Source: Myxococcota bacterium (GTDB taxonomy: Bacteria; Myxococcota_A; UBA796; SXON01). From it: a stretch of 59,640 nucleotides of DNA. Below, in pieces: positions 42,721 to 50,497 of the stretch. Numbering within the stretch: the first letter of the stretch is position 1; the number at the start of each line of letters is the position of its first letter. Made by a program: the position numbers and the translations under genes. The notes beneath the pieces were generated by a model. It saw nothing but the letters and a program-made list of their open reading frames with translations. It made no database searches and was not told where the DNA came from. Location of the stretch: assembly GCA_040386535.1 (NCBI GenBank), contig JAZKFH010000004.1:1-59640 (forward strand), read 5' to 3'.

Positions 42721-43614
42721 ATGAATCGACGCCACGCCCTTCGCCTGCTCGCTGTCGGTGCCGCGGGCACGGTCGCGACGGTCGCCCTGGGCCGCGCCAC
42801 GCGCACGGTCTCACCCAACCCCCACGCCCTCCTGGAGCCCCCCATGACCACCTCCCGCATGCCCGCGATCTTCATCGGACACGGCGCCCCGCCGCTGGTC
42901 GACTTCCCGGATTGGGTGGCCTCGCTCTCCGCCTGGGGCAAGGCGCTGCCGCGGCCGCGCGCCATCCTCATGGTGTCCGCACATTGGGAGGGCGCGCCTG
43001 TCACCATCGGCGCCACGCGCACGGTGCCACTGGTGTACGACTTCTACAACTTCCCCGAGCGGTACTACCAGACCAAGTACCCGGCGCCCGGCGCCCCGGA
43101 GCTCGCGGACCGGGTGCGGACGCTCCTCGGCGACGCCGGCGAGCGCACCGTCGACGAGCCCGAGCGCGGCCTCGATCACGGCGCCTACGTGCCGCTCCTC
43201 GCGATGTACCCCCAGGCCGACGTGCCGGTGCTGCAGATCTCGATGCCGACGCTCGACCCGGCGCGCCTCCACCAGCTCGGCAAGCAGCTCGCGCCGTTGC
43301 GGGACGAGGGCGTGCTCGTGGCCGGCAGCGGATTCGTGACACACAACCTCCGCGCGGGGTTTGGTGACACGACGCCGGCGTGGGCGTCCGAGTACGACGC
43401 GTGGACCAAGGAGACGCTCACCCGCCGCGACGACGACGCGCTGATCGACTTCATGGCCCGCGCGCCCGCGGCCCGCATGGCCCACCCGCGCACCGAACAC
43501 TTCGTCCCGCTCGTGCTCGCGGCGGGCGCGGCCGACGGCGGGGAGACCCCGACCTACCCGGTCGACGGGTTCTGGTTTGGCAACTTCAGCAAGCGGTCGG
43601 TGCAGTTCGGGTAG
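42721..43614 (+). CDS. DODA/LigB-type (YgiD-like) extradiol dioxygenase, possible Tat signal
   Basis: MPAIFIGHGAP, SAHWE, RGLDHGAYVPL, GSGFVTHNL and AHPRTEHFVPL; alternative start at 42844. Confidence 0.9.
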   Translation: MNRRHALRLLAVGAAGTVATVALGRATRTVSPNPHALLEPPMTTSRMPAIFIGHGAPPLVDFPDWVASLSAWGKALPRPRAILMVSAHWEGAPVTIGATRTVPLVYDFYNFPERYYQTKYPAPGAPELADRVRTLLGDAGERTVDEPERGLDHGAYVPLLAMYPQADVPVLQISMPTLDPARLHQLGKQLAPLRDEGVLVAGSGFVTHNLRAGFGDTTPAWASEYDAWTKETLTRRDDDALIDFMARAPAARMAHPRTEHFVPLVLAAGAADGGETPTYPVDGFWFGNFSKRSVQFG

Positions 43615-43683
43615 GGGCGGCGCGGGTTGGGGACGCGACTCTCCTCCCGCCTGTTAGTCAGGGAACGCCCAGCGGAGCGCTTC

Positions 43684-44454
43684 GTGACCACGCAGCCCGA
43701 TTCAGTGCCCGACACGAGCGCGCACGACGCCGACGACCCGGTCTGGCGCGATCGCCCCCCGCGGGTCGACCCCACGCTCGCCACGGACACCCCCTTCGAG
43801 TACTACACGTTGGGGGACGCGATGTCGCTCCGCCCCGCGGACTACGTCACGTGGGTGTACGCACCGCGCACGCCCAAGGTCAACGAGGTGCGCGTCGTCG
43901 AACGTTCGTTGTTCCTCAACCGGCTCCTCACCAAATGTAAATGGTGGGTGCCACTGCTGGTCTGGCCGCCCATCATCGCGTGGCAGATCCTGCCACTGAC
44001 CCCCGCACGGCTCGGCTGGGTGGCGCTTGGCCTGCTGCTCTGGTTTCCGGTGGAATACCTGTTCCACCGCTTCCTGTTCCACATGCCGATCGTCGGGCGT
44101 GTCACCCAATTCGTGCACTTCCTCCTCCACGGGGTGCACCACGTGGCCCCGAAGGACGACGAGCACCTGGTGTCTCCGCCCCTGGACATCGTCATCCAGG
44201 GCGCCGCCATCTGGGCGCTCCTCACAGTGATCGGCGTGCCGGATCCCGTCGGCGTGCTCCTCGGCCTGCTCATCAACTACATCCGCTATGACATGACGCA
44301 CTACAGCGTGCACTTTCGCGACTACGCCTCGCTGCGCCGGATGCCCCTGATCGGCGGGTACCTGAGCCGGTGCAAGGCGCACCACATGGCCCACCACTTC
44401 CGCGACCCCTCGCGCCATTTCACCATCAGCTACCTGTCACGCTTGGTGGATTGA
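43684..44454 (+). CDS. Fatty-acid hydroxylase (FA2H/Scs7-like, sterol desaturase superfamily)
   Basis: EYLFHRFLFH, HGVHH, YDMTHYSVH and HHMAHH. Confidence 0.88.
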   Translation: MTTQPDSVPDTSAHDADDPVWRDRPPRVDPTLATDTPFEYYTLGDAMSLRPADYVTWVYAPRTPKVNEVRVVERSLFLNRLLTKCKWWVPLLVWPPIIAWQILPLTPARLGWVALGLLLWFPVEYLFHRFLFHMPIVGRVTQFVHFLLHGVHHVAPKDDEHLVSPPLDIVIQGAAIWALLTVIGVPDPVGVLLGLLINYIRYDMTHYSVHFRDYASLRRMPLIGGYLSRCKAHHMAHHFRDPSRHFTISYLSRLVD

Positions 44455-47400
44455 CCAACCCAACGTGTCCCCGGCCACCCCGGCGTGACGGCCTCGACCC
44501 GCCACGGCCCCGTCGCGCCGGCGGGGTACGGCACCTCGAGGGTGACGGTGGCGCCGGGCCCCGGGGCGGCGAGGCTTTCCATGGACCATGCCGGCAAGCC
44601 GCCGCGTTGGCCGATGAGCCGCACGTAGAGCGGGCCGCCGCCCACCAGGCCCGCGTTGGTGAGCGTGACGGTGGCGTGGGCGCCGGCGTCGCGAAGCTCC
44701 AGTGACAGGTCGAGCGCGCGGCGTTGGATGGGGAGGCCGACGCCCGATTTGGCCGCGGGGGCGCCGTCGACGCGGAGGCGGAGCGGGAGGCTCGTGGTGC
44801 CAGGTGGGAGCGCCGTGTCGGCGGGGGCGCCGTCGGGGGGCGCGGCCCACTCGAGGATGGCGGTGACGTCGGCCGCCTGGCCGGGGGCGAGGTCGGCAGT
44901 GCGGGTCGGCCACAGGCTCACGCCGGGGGGCAGGCCGGCGGGGTCGAGGGAGACGGACCACGCGGGTTGGGTGCCAACGTTGGTCACCTGCACGGTCACC
45001 TCGATGGGTGCGGCGCCGCGGGTGAGGGTGACGGCGCTCGTGGTGACGCGGAGCTTGGGCCGGGACGTGGGAACGGCGGCGGGGAGCGTGGCGGCGAGCC
45101 AGGGGTGGGCGCCGCCACGGTGGAGCGCGCCGTCGGCGCCGTGGCCGATCCAGCCGCCGCCGCGGAAGGGGTAGAGCACGGCGAGCGGCGCGCCGTCGGG
45201 GCTCCAGACGCGGAGGGTGCCGTCGGCGCCGCCGCTGACGAGCCGCGCACGGGCGCTACTGCCGCCTGGCGGCGTGCCCACGAGCGCGTACACGTCCCCC
45301 CGGTGCCCGCCCCACGAGCGCCACACCCCCGCGTCGGTGCGGACGCCGATCACGCCGCCGGATTGCAGCTGCGCGACCCCGCCCGCCACCGGCACGGCGC
45401 GGCCGCTCGTGGCCCAGGCCCCCGTCGCGCGGGGGGCCGCGCGCGCCCACACGCGGACCTCGGGCCCCGCGAGGCCGATGATGCCGCGCTCGTCCCAGCC
45501 CAGGGCCTCGACGCGGGGCACCCGCCCCTCCCACCACGTCGGGGCCGGGCGGAGCTCCGCGACCTCACGCGCCAACCGCCCCTCCGCCGCGCCCGTGGCG
45601 GCGTCGAGCACGTGCACGGCACCGTCCCACGTCGCGACCGCGAGGTACGCTCCGTCGGGGGCGAGCGCGATCCCGTCTACGCTTCCGGGGCCGCGTTGCG
45701 CCAGGGCCGCGGCCCACGTGGTGGTGCCCGTGGCGGGGTCGACGGCGTGGACGCGGTCGCGGTCGACCAGCAGGTAGAGCCGGTCCGCCCCGAGCGCGAT
45801 CGTCGGGAGTGGGAGATTATCGGTGGAGTCGTTCCAGGTCCGCGTGGGGCCGGTCTTCGCGGGCACGGTCGGGTCGAGGGGCCGGTCCCACAGGAACCAC
45901 GCGTCGGCGGTGGCCGCGGCGAGGCGCGCGCCCCAGCCGGAGAGGCCGATGACCGGCCCAGGCAGCGTGGCGACGACGGCCACCTGCTCGAGCGTGTCGA
46001 GGTTCCAGGCGCGCACGGTGCCGTCGGTGTGGCCGCTGTAGACGGTGTGTCCGTCGGGAGCGAGGGCAAGCACGCGCACGCCGCCGGAGCGGCTCGGCAG
46101 GGGCGCGATCGGGCGGCCGGAGCCCACGTCGCGGAGCCACCCCGTGTTCGGCGCGAACGACCAGGGCACGAATCCCTCCCCGGGCGCCGCCTCGGGGAGC
46201 CGGGAGCCGGTGACGACGTCCACGCGCCCGTCCGCGCGCCAGACGGTGGTGCCCGTGGGGTCGAGCGCCCACGACGGCTTCGCGAGGAGCGTCTGCGTGG
46301 TGCCGCCGAACGCCGGGAACAGGACACCGGTGGGCGTGAGGAAGGCGGGGGCGTCGCCCACCCAGGCGGCGCGCGTCCCTTCGGCCACGGGCAGGGGGCC
46401 GAGGATCGGCGACGCGGTGGCAGTGTCGTACACCCACGCCTCGCGATTGTGGACGTAGGCGGCGCGGGCGCCGTCGGCGGAGAGCGAGAGCGGGCCCACC
46501 CCCTCGAACGGCGGCACGCGCCTGGTGTGGCCGGGCACGTTGGGCCAGTCGACGCCCGCGAGGGTGCGGCCCAACGCGGTGGCGAGGCGTTGGGGCAGGG
46601 CGGTGGCCGCGCCGCTCGGCAACGCGACGGCGGCGACGCCGTAGCCCGAGCCCACGAGGCCGACGGCGCCCTCCACCGCGAGGTCTCGGAGGTTGCCTGC
46701 GATGCCGACGGCGCGCGCGAGGCCGGCCGCGGGGTCCCACACCCACGCGTCGCTGTCGCCGAGGGCGATCACCGAGCGGCCGTCGGGGGCGAGCCGCGCG
46801 GACCCGACGTTGCCGGGGGGAGCGAGGGCCGCGCCGAGGCCCGCGTACCGGCGCACGAGCCCCTCGCCGGTGACGAGGATCACCTTGTCGTCACGCACGT
46901 GGATCGCGCGCGGGACCACGTCGCGGATCGTGGTGGTGAGCACCTCGCGGGGGGTCATCGGGGCGTCTCGCGCCGCGGCCAAGGTCCAGACCGTGAGGTA
47001 CGTCCGCTTGGACTGGCCCCAATCACCCCACGTCGCGGCGAGCAGGCTGCCGTCGTCGTTCAGCGCCATCCGCACGCGCTCGGGACCGCGGATGGCGCTG
47101 GGGCCACAGATGGACGCCCCCACGGGGAGCAGCGTGTGGAGCGTGTCGGCGCCCACCGTCCAAACGTCGATGCACCCGAACGGACGGAACAACGCGACCG
47201 TCCCGCCGCCGGTGGTCGTCACCTCCTTGGTCTCGTCGTAGACGCGCTCCGAGGCGCGCATCACCCGCACGCCGCCGCCGTCGTCGACCGCGGGGCGCAT
47301 GGCGCTGCTGTCCGCGACCATGTCGGTGACACGCGTCACGCCGGTGTCGAGATCCACGATCCGCACCGACGCCGACTTGGATCCCGGGGTGGTCGTGGTC

Positions 47401-47660
47401 CACGCGGCGTGCCGCGCCGCGGGCGACAGCACCGGATCGAACTGCTCGCCGGGCTGGGGGCCCCACACCTCGACGGTCTCGAGCGGCGGCGCGCCGGCGA
47501 GCACGGGCCGGGGCGCGGCGGACACGGTGAGCGCCCACGGGGCGACAACGTCGGCGGAGGGCGCGCGCGGGATCGGGTCGGTGGCGGGGAGGATGGCGAA
47601 GGAGCCCGCGTCGGCCGCGTGGGCGGAGAGGGCGGCGGCGAGGGCGTAGAGGAGGGGCAC
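44430..47660 (-). CDS. Large secreted WD40/PQQ beta-propeller protein with Ig-like C-terminus
   Basis: SGHTDGTVRAWN and SGGADGTLRVWS repeats; signal peptide after GTG 47660. Confidence 0.8.
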   Translation of the reverse strand: MPLLYALAAALSAHAADAGSFAILPATDPIPRAPSADVVAPWALTVSAAPRPVLAGAPPLETVEVWGPQPGEQFDPVLSPAARHAAWTTTTPGSKSASVRIVDLDTGVTRVTDMVADSSAMRPAVDDGGGVRVMRASERVYDETKEVTTTGGGTVALFRPFGCIDVWTVGADTLHTLLPVGASICGPSAIRGPERVRMALNDDGSLLAATWGDWGQSKRTYLTVWTLAAARDAPMTPREVLTTTIRDVVPRAIHVRDDKVILVTGEGLVRRYAGLGAALAPPGNVGSARLAPDGRSVIALGDSDAWVWDPAAGLARAVGIAGNLRDLAVEGAVGLVGSGYGVAAVALPSGAATALPQRLATALGRTLAGVDWPNVPGHTRRVPPFEGVGPLSLSADGARAAYVHNREAWVYDTATASPILGPLPVAEGTRAAWVGDAPAFLTPTGVLFPAFGGTTQTLLAKPSWALDPTGTTVWRADGRVDVVTGSRLPEAAPGEGFVPWSFAPNTGWLRDVGSGRPIAPLPSRSGGVRVLALAPDGHTVYSGHTDGTVRAWNLDTLEQVAVVATLPGPVIGLSGWGARLAAATADAWFLWDRPLDPTVPAKTGPTRTWNDSTDNLPLPTIALGADRLYLLVDRDRVHAVDPATGTTTWAAALAQRGPGSVDGIALAPDGAYLAVATWDGAVHVLDAATGAAEGRLAREVAELRPAPTWWEGRVPRVEALGWDERGIIGLAGPEVRVWARAAPRATGAWATSGRAVPVAGGVAQLQSGGVIGVRTDAGVWRSWGGHRGDVYALVGTPPGGSSARARLVSGGADGTLRVWSPDGAPLAVLYPFRGGGWIGHGADGALHRGGAHPWLAATLPAAVPTSRPKLRVTTSAVTLTRGAAPIEVTVQVTNVGTQPAWSVSLDPAGLPPGVSLWPTRTADLAPGQAADVTAILEWAAPPDGAPADTALPPGTTSLPLRLRVDGAPAAKSGVGLPIQRRALDLSLELRDAGAHATVTLTNAGLVGGGPLYVRLIGQRGGLPAWSMESLAAPGPGATVTLEVPYPAGATGPWRVEAVTPGWPGTRWVGQSTKRDR

Positions 47661-47867
47661 GCGGGATTGTAGCGGACGCAAACGTGCGGGCGGCGCCAAT
47701 GCCACGCGGAGCCGCGCCACGGCTCACCGGGCGCGGCGGCCCCGCTCGGGGGGCCGGGCACCGCGCCCACCGCGGGTCGCCCAACCAGCTGGACTCTCGG
47801 CTCGACCTGGAGTATTGGACGGGCGCCGCGGCGCACTCCCGTGCCGGGCACACCCAAGGAGCTCCCC

Positions 47868-47921
47868 ATGAAGATCAAGTCCACGGTTCGCGCCGGCCTC
47901 GGCTTCCGCGCGTCCCGCTAG
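47868..47921 (+). CDS. Putative RiPP precursor peptide MKIKSTVRAG-LGFRASR (17 aa, not in ORF track)
   Basis: AAGGAG at 47856-47861, ATG 47868, TAG 47919-47921; first gene before the oxygenase, HlyD and C39 transporter; AG fits a double-glycine-type cleavage site. Confidence 0.8.
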   Translation: MKIKSTVRAGLGFRASR

Positions 47922-47976
47922 TTCGCCGGGGCCAGCGTGCTCGTCACGCTGGCTCCACCCCTCCCGGAGGCCGCCG

Positions 47977-49257
47977 GTGACAGACCCGTTCGTCGTGCCC
48001 GAGTCGTTCTGGCAGGAAGTTGCCACGAGCCTCTGGAAGCAGGCCCCGCGTGTGTGGCGGCGCCCCTTCGCCACGCCCTACGGCACCGAGGACGACGTGT
48101 TCCGGGCGTTGTGCGCCCTGACCGCGCGGCTCGACACGGGTGACACGAGCATCCAACCCCGCGTGTTCGTCGACGACAAACAAGCCGGCTTCTCGCTCGA
48201 CCGCCACGCAGCCCGCCCCGACGACGTCGATCTCGACGGCTTCGAGCGCCGCCTGCGCGCTGGGCTCGGCGGCCGGGAATTCGGCATGGTGATCGGGGAC
48301 GCCGCGATCCTCGACGGCACGCTCTGGCGCCACGCCGTCCAATTCCTGCGCGGCCTGCACGCCGCCGTCGGCACGCCCGCGGGCGGCTCCCACGCGGAGG
48401 TGTTCTTCGGGAATTACCAACGCTCGTTCTTCGGCGTCCACAAGGACCGCCTGGAGACCTTCACGTTCATCACGCGCGGCCGCAAGCGCTTCCTCACATG
48501 GCCCTACGAGGCGCTGCTCGGGCTCCCCGACGCCCCGCAGGACGTGCCGCTCCACGCGTTCTCCTTCAACGAGGTCGATCTGGCCCCGCTCCGCGAGCAG
48601 GCCGTGGTGCTCGAAGGGGGGCCGGGGGACGTGTTGTTCTGGCCGGCGTCGTGGTGGCACGTGGCCGAGAGTGTGGAGGAGGGCTTCGTCACGACGCTCA
48701 CCCTGGCGTGCGCGCCGAGCACGATGCTCGCGGCGGGCTCGCCGTTGCGGCTGGCACAGGAGGGCTTCGACGAGTCCGGAAAGGAGGGGTACTACGTGGA
48801 GGATCCGGCGCTCCCCCTCGTGCGGGGCCCGGAGGCCACCAAACAAGCCATCGCTGACGTCGAGTCGGCGTTGACACGCGTCCTGGAGGACCCGACGTTC
48901 CAGCGCGCCCGTCGGGACGCAACGTTGGCCTGGCTCTCCGCGGAGGGCTTCAAGCGCGGGCCGGATCGGCTCCCGCTGCCCGAGTTGGTCGGCACGGATC
49001 GGCTGGTCACCGACGCGCAGATCGTCTACGGAGATCTCGACGAAGACGGGTTCACCTGCGCGGCCAACGGCATCCTGCTCCAGTCGTTGCCGAGCTTCTT
49101 GCCGCTCGTGGAGCACCTCAACGCCCATCCAAACGCCGTCCGCACCGTCGCCGAGTTGGTGGCACATTTCGCCGGGGCCGAGGGCCAGCCGTCCGCGGAG
49201 GAGCTGACGGAAGGGTTGGCGCACCTCACGGCGGCCCGCGCGTTGCGGCGGATCTGA
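47977..49257 (+). CDS. JmjC/cupin Fe(II)-2OG oxygenase (YcfD/ROXA-like architecture), putative peptide hydroxylase
   Basis: FGVHKD (HxD), GRKRF, GDVLFWPASWWHVAES (distal His); winged-helix-like C-terminus; GGAGG RBS. Confidence 0.85.
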   Translation: MTDPFVVPESFWQEVATSLWKQAPRVWRRPFATPYGTEDDVFRALCALTARLDTGDTSIQPRVFVDDKQAGFSLDRHAARPDDVDLDGFERRLRAGLGGREFGMVIGDAAILDGTLWRHAVQFLRGLHAAVGTPAGGSHAEVFFGNYQRSFFGVHKDRLETFTFITRGRKRFLTWPYEALLGLPDAPQDVPLHAFSFNEVDLAPLREQAVVLEGGPGDVLFWPASWWHVAESVEEGFVTTLTLACAPSTMLAAGSPLRLAQEGFDESGKEGYYVEDPALPLVRGPEATKQAIADVESALTRVLEDPTFQRARRDATLAWLSAEGFKRGPDRLPLPELVGTDRLVTDAQIVYGDLDEDGFTCAANGILLQSLPSFLPLVEHLNAHPNAVRTVAELVAHFAGAEGQPSAEELTEGLAHLTAARALRRI

Positions 49258-49318
49258 AGCGTTCCCTCTGGTGAGCCGGCGATGGCGCGCGGCCCGACAA
49301 ACGAGTACCCTCGCGGCC

Positions 49319-50497
49319 ATGTCGGCGCCCTTCTCTCGTTCCTTGCGCGCGCTCGGCGCCGAGGGCGCGGGGGTGTCCCCAATCGGGTTGGGGGTCGCCG
49401 CCGTGCTGCTCCTCGCGTGGGCGCTCTGGTTCGGCTTCGGCCGGGTGACCGTGTGGGCGGTGACCGACGCCGCGCGCGTGGAGGTCGACAGCGCCGCGCA
49501 CCCCGTCGCCGCGACCGAGGTGGGCCGCGTGGTGGCCGCGCACCTGGGGCTCGGCCGCGAGGTGGTCGCGGGCGAGGTGCTCGTGGAGCTCGACGACACG
49601 CTCCAGCAGCACGCGCTCGCGGAGGAGCAGGCCCGCGGGGAGGCGCTCGCGCACGCGCTCGTCGCGCTGCGGGGGGAGCTCGACACGGCGCTCGGGATGG
49701 TCGGCACCACGCGGGCGTCGGGCGCGGCGGCGGTGGCCGAGGCCGAGTCGCGCGTGACCGAGACCGACGCCGCCGCCCGGCTCGCGGAGGAGCGCGCCGT
49801 GCGCCTCGAACGGCTCCTCGCGGGGCAGCAGATCTCCGAGCTGGAGCTGCTCCAAGCGCGCGCCGAGGCCACCGCCACCCGCGCGGCCGCCGACGCGTCG
49901 CGCACCGGGCTGTCGCGGGAGGGGCTGGACCGCCGCGGCGCCACGGGGGACCGCGAGGCCCGCATCGCGCAGCTCGAGCGCGAGGTCGCCACGATCGCGG
50001 GCGCGGTCGGCACCTCCGCCGCCGTGGTGGCGCGCCTCGCCGCGGAGGTCGACCGTCGCAAGCTGCGCGCGCCCGTCACCGGGCGGCTCGGGGACGTCTC
50101 CACCCTCTCCGTCGGCACCGTCCTGGCGGAGGGCGACCGCATCGCCACCGTCGTTCCGCGCGGCGCCCTGCGGATCGTAGCGGCGTTCGCGCCCTCGGAG
50201 TCCCTCGGCCGCGTGCAGGCCGGGCAACGCGCGCGCCTCCGCCTCGACGGGTTCCCGTGGACCTGGTACGGCACCGTGCCCGCGACCGTCACCGGCGTGG
50301 CCGACGAGGTGCGCGACGGCGTGGTGCGCGTCGAGCTCACGCCGGAGCTGACCCCCGAATCGGGGCCCAGCGCCGTGCCGCTCCAACACGGGCTCCCCGG
50401 CGCGGTCGAGGTGGCCGTGGAGCAGGTCTCGCCCGCCACCCTCGTGCTGCGCGCGGCCGGCGGCGCGTTCGGGCCGGTGCGCCGGACCACCCCGTGA
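49319..50497 (+). CDS. HlyD-family secretion adaptor
   Basis: N-terminal TM, VAGEVLVELD, coiled coil, LRAPVTG and FPWTWYG. Confidence 0.92.
   Translation: MSAPFSRSLRALGAEGAGVSPIGLGVAAVLLLAWALWFGFGRVTVWAVTDAARVEVDSAAHPVAATEVGRVVAAHLGLGREVVAGEVLVELDDTLQQHALAEEQARGEALAHALVALRGELDTALGMVGTTRASGAAAVAEAESRVTETDAAARLAEERAVRLERLLAGQQISELELLQARAEATATRAAADASRTGLSREGLDRRGATGDREARIAQLEREVATIAGAVGTSAAVVARLAAEVDRRKLRAPVTGRLGDVSTLSVGTVLAEGDRIATVVPRGALRIVAAFAPSESLGRVQAGQRARLRLDGFPWTWYGTVPATVTGVADEVRDGVVRVELTPELTPESGPSAVPLQHGLPGAVEVAVEQVSPATLVLRAAGGAFGPVRRTTP

Noticed and set aside
44430..47660. WD40 protein as part of the RiPP system
   Set aside because: Divergent orientation and generic architecture; adjacency is the only link
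47790..47818. TGGACT-N17-TATTGG as promoter of the precursor gene
   Set aside because: Weak match to the -10 consensus; not supportable without TSS data
49282..50493. N-terminal ~400 aa of the 1298-aa ORF
   Set aside because: Arg/Gly-rich off-frame reading of hlyD; the transporter more plausibly starts at GTG 50494
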